DNA from: Dictyostelium discoideum
Taxonomy: Eukaryota
Direction: 5' to 3'
DNA length: 64,000 bases
Assembly (NCBI GenBank): GCA_000004695.1
Contig: CM000152.2
Location: 2,656,001-2,720,000 of the forward strand
The translations under genes and the position numbers were made by a program. The notes below the pieces were generated by a model. It searched no databases and had not been told where the DNA came from. It was given only the letters and a program-made list of their open reading frames with translations. Each line of letters opens with the position of its first letter. Within the stretch, counting starts at the first letter, position 1. Below are positions 61,366 to 64,000 of this stretch, piece by piece.

Positions 61366-62241
61366 CTTAAAACAGAACGATTACATTCATTTTTTTATAT
61401 TTTATACCATTTTGTGTATTTTTGAGTTCTCTATTTTTATATGTTATAAATTAATATTAAAAATAAATAATATTAAATCATTTTTTTAAAAATTTCAATC
61501 AAAAAGGGTTTTTAGGTATTTTGGATTTAATGTTCGCGAACCGCCAGAGATATGTTAGTTTGTGATATTTATCTTTTTGACAGATATCAGGATTTTTTTT
61601 TGCTTTGTGTCTCAATTATTCAATCGAGACACTCAACGGTTTTTTCGATGTTTTTACACACCTTCATATCTCTGGTGGTCGCTTACGATTAATCAATGAG
61701 AACTTTTTGTTAGACGAAGAATGACAATTTCTTTTATGCATTTGTATCCAAAACCTATTTTACCTGTGATTAATTATATTTTAAAATTTAGTTTTGTAAC
61801 TTAATATTTTTAAAAAATAATCATTTAAGGGATTTTTTAAAAAAACAATGGTCTAAAATAAAAATAAAATTTTTTTTTTTTTTTTGAGAATTAAATTTTA
61901 AAAATTATTTCCATTATTTTTCTATATTTTTTTAACCCATTTTTTAATTCAATCCGATTATTTCCATAATATTTTATTAATATTTTTTTTTCCAAAAAAA
62001 CCTTTTTTAAACCTTTTGCATCTAAAATTTTTTTTTTTAGTTGATTCTACTCTTTTTTAAGACTTGAAAAAAAAAATGATATTTGAATTATAAGAGAAAT
62101 AATTACTTTACCTATTTTTTAAAATTTTTCTTTTTTATAATTTAATAAAAAAATAAAAAAAATTAAAATAAAAAAAAATAAAGAAAAGAAAATTTTAAGA
62201 TTTTATTATTTTTTATTTTTTAATTTTTAATTTTTAATTTT

Positions 62242-63966
62242 TTATTTTTTAATTTCATTAATTAACTTGGCGACCAAGGCAGTCCAACCAGTCTGGTGAG
62301 AAGCACCAAGACCAGCACCACTATCACCATGGAAATATTCATTGAACAATATATGATCTTTCCAATGTTTTTTTGCGAAAATTGGTTTACCACCAGCAAA
62401 TTTTCTAGTACCATCTTGATTCTCTTGGAAGATACTAATGAGACGTTTAGAGATATCATCGGCTACGATATCCAAAGTTACGAGGTTACCAGAGTTTGTT
62501 GGATATTCAATTTGGAATTCATCACCATAGTATTCATGATAGGTACGAAGTGATTGAATCATGAGATAATTTACGGCAAACCAAACTGGACCTCTCCAAT
62601 TACTATTTGAACCCATGATATGAACATCACTCTCGCCAGGTACATAACCAACACAAGCATCCATCTCAGCAAAAGTGAATGGATGATCCTTGTGATGTTT
62701 TGATAATGATCTAATACCATTTTCAGAGAGGAACCAATCTTCATCCAACATTTTCTTTAAGATTAATTCCAATTTCTCACGATTTACAATTGAGAGTAAA
62801 CGTGATTTATTTTGACCCAAAGCAGTGAATGGAGCAATGTTTTTCACTAAATTTGGTCTATACTTTACGAACCAATCCAAACGTTCTTTGAATTTTGGTA
62901 AAGCTTGAAGTGTATCATAATCCAAAATTTCAGCAGCAAACAATGGTATTAAACCAACGAATGAATAGACTTTGAGTTGATGTTGATGAGAACCTGGTGA
63001 AATGATTGAATCAAAGAAGAAACCATCCTCATTACTCCATAAACCAGTTTTTGAGGTGATACTCTTGGCAATGCTAATGAAATGTTCGAGGAATTTAGTG
63101 GCGATTGATTCATAAGAGTTTCTTTCACGTGCTAAAATCAAGGAGATTTTCAACATATTGGCACTATAGAATGCCATCCATGATGTACCATCGGCTTGTT
63201 GAAGTTTAGCACCATCTTTCAATGGTGTTGATCTATCGAATACACCAATATTATCAAGACCTAAGAAACCACCTTCAAAAATGTTATTACCTTTGATATC
63301 TTTTTTATTGACCCACCAAGTGAAATTTAATAAAAGTTTATGGAAAATTTGCTCCAAAAATTCGATATCTTTAACACCGGTTGTTTTCTCTATATGTTTA
63401 TAGACTTCCAAGGTTGCCCATGCATGTACTGGTGGATTTACATCACCAAAATCCCATTCATATGCGCAAAGTGCACCACTTGAATGAGAATACCATTCAC
63501 GAGTAATTAGAATCAATTGACGTTTTGTCCATTCAATATCTAATAACATCATTGGTATCATTTGAAAAGCTAAATCCCATGCAGCCAAGAATGGGAATTC
63601 CCATTTATCTGGCATTGAAATTACATCGTTTGCATAGAAATGATCCCAATGATTATTACGAGTAACTGGTTTCTCTCTTGGATGAGCTGGGTCACCTCTT
63701 GCCCACATATCAACACCAAAGTGATAATATTGTTTGGTCCATAGTAAACCTGCCAATGATTGTCTTTGAATACGTTTTAAATCTTCACTCATACCATCGA
63801 TACCACTTTGGTTGGCCTTGAAAACATTATCATAAAATTCATCGGCTTCTTGTTCTCTTTTAGTGAAAATTGAATCAAAGCTTGTAAATGCTTCTTGTTC
63901 TTGAAATTCTGTTGGTGAGAATCTAATCTTTACAGTATAAGATTCACCTGGACCCAATAATTTCTT
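62242..63966 (-). CDS. Six-hairpin (alpha/alpha)6 glycoside hydrolase-like protein, partial (5' exon(s) beyond the window end)
   Basis: A 571-codon open frame with no ATG at its 5' end. An in-frame stop lies 9 nt upstream and a possible acceptor AG is at 63961. It has an acidic, aromatic-rich glycosidase-like composition (WDxxF, GGFLGLDNIGVFDRS, GDSGAGLGASHQTGWT). The exact family (GH63/GH37-like) is not resolved. Confidence 0.45.
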   Translation of the reverse strand, partial: KKLLGPGESYTVKIRFSPTEFQEQEAFTSFDSIFTKREQEADEFYDNVFKANQSGIDGMSEDLKRIQRQSLAGLLWTKQYYHFGVDMWARGDPAHPREKPVTRNNHWDHFYANDVISMPDKWEFPFLAAWDLAFQMIPMMLLDIEWTKRQLILITREWYSHSSGALCAYEWDFGDVNPPVHAWATLEVYKHIEKTTGVKDIEFLEQIFHKLLLNFTWWVNKKDIKGNNIFEGGFLGLDNIGVFDRSTPLKDGAKLQQADGTSWMAFYSANMLKISLILARERNSYESIATKFLEHFISIAKSITSKTGLWSNEDGFFFDSIISPGSHQHQLKVYSFVGLIPLFAAEILDYDTLQALPKFKERLDWFVKYRPNLVKNIAPFTALGQNKSRLLSIVNREKLELILKKMLDEDWFLSENGIRSLSKHHKDHPFTFAEMDACVGYVPGESDVHIMGSNSNWRGPVWFAVNYLMIQSLRTYHEYYGDEFQIEYPTNSGNLVTLDIVADDISKRLISIFQENQDGTRKFAGGKPIFAKKHWKDHILFNEYFHGDSGAGLGASHQTGWTALVAKLINEIKK

Positions 63967-64000
63967 ACAATGAGCTGCAACTTTTGTACCACTTTTTTCA

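Overview
This 64-kb window is very AT-rich (about 75-80% A+T) and full of homopolymer and trinucleotide runs. It has poly-Asn and poly-Gln coding tracts and short AT-rich introns with GTAAGT/GTATGT donors. Its mobile-element complement is TRE5/TRE3-type non-LTR elements at tRNA genes, a Tdd-4-like DNA transposon, and Skipper-like and DGLT-A-like LTR elements. Together these point, by inference, to Dictyostelium discoideum or a very close relative.

Three zones:

(1) 1-17.7 kb: a minus-strand tandem array of eight paralogous genes encoding an N-terminal B-box zinc finger plus C-terminal FNIP repeats. Six look intact with three exons each. Two are fragments, one of them cut off exactly at a solo transposon terminal repeat.

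(2) 18.7-47.4 kb: two tRNA-anchored transposon clusters.
- tRNA-Glu(UUC) carries a TRE5-A-like complex 48 bp upstream with a 16-17-bp target-site duplication, and a TRE3-like 3' fragment 96 bp downstream with a 12-bp target-site duplication.
- tRNA-Ile(AAU) carries a DGLT-A-like LTR element 14 bp upstream.
- Between the two clusters lies a nested pile-up: a Tdd-4-like DNA transposon with ~150-bp terminal inverted repeats and an intron-containing DDE transposase; a Skipper-like chromodomain pol; a 5'-truncated non-LTR element; and four copies of an unclassified ~760-bp TIR element.
- That TIR element carries TTTAAAGG-type tandem arrays and a tRNA-derived core, and is itself nested inside other elements.
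- Host genes in this zone are wdr12/Ytm1-like, mmab (cobalamin adenosyltransferase) and an S/T-rich protein gene.
- There is a 100-N assembly gap at 26767-26866.

(3) 47.8-64 kb: ordinary genes.
- A 598-aa FNIP-repeat protein.
- An HSP20 small heat-shock protein.
- A C2-domain protein.
- A VPS9-domain protein with poly-N and poly-Q tracts.
- An inositol polyphosphate 5-phosphatase.
- A tiny NDUFB2-like gene with a microsatellite intron.
- A partial six-hairpin glycosidase-like gene.

There are no prokaryotic-type systems (no CRISPR, no operons). The points most worth a second look are the unclassified composite TIR/TTTAAAGG element, a 90-bp MITE-like derivative of the Tdd-4 terminus in an intron, the B-box/FNIP tandem array itself, and a structured non-AT-rich intergenic island at about 61.5 kb.
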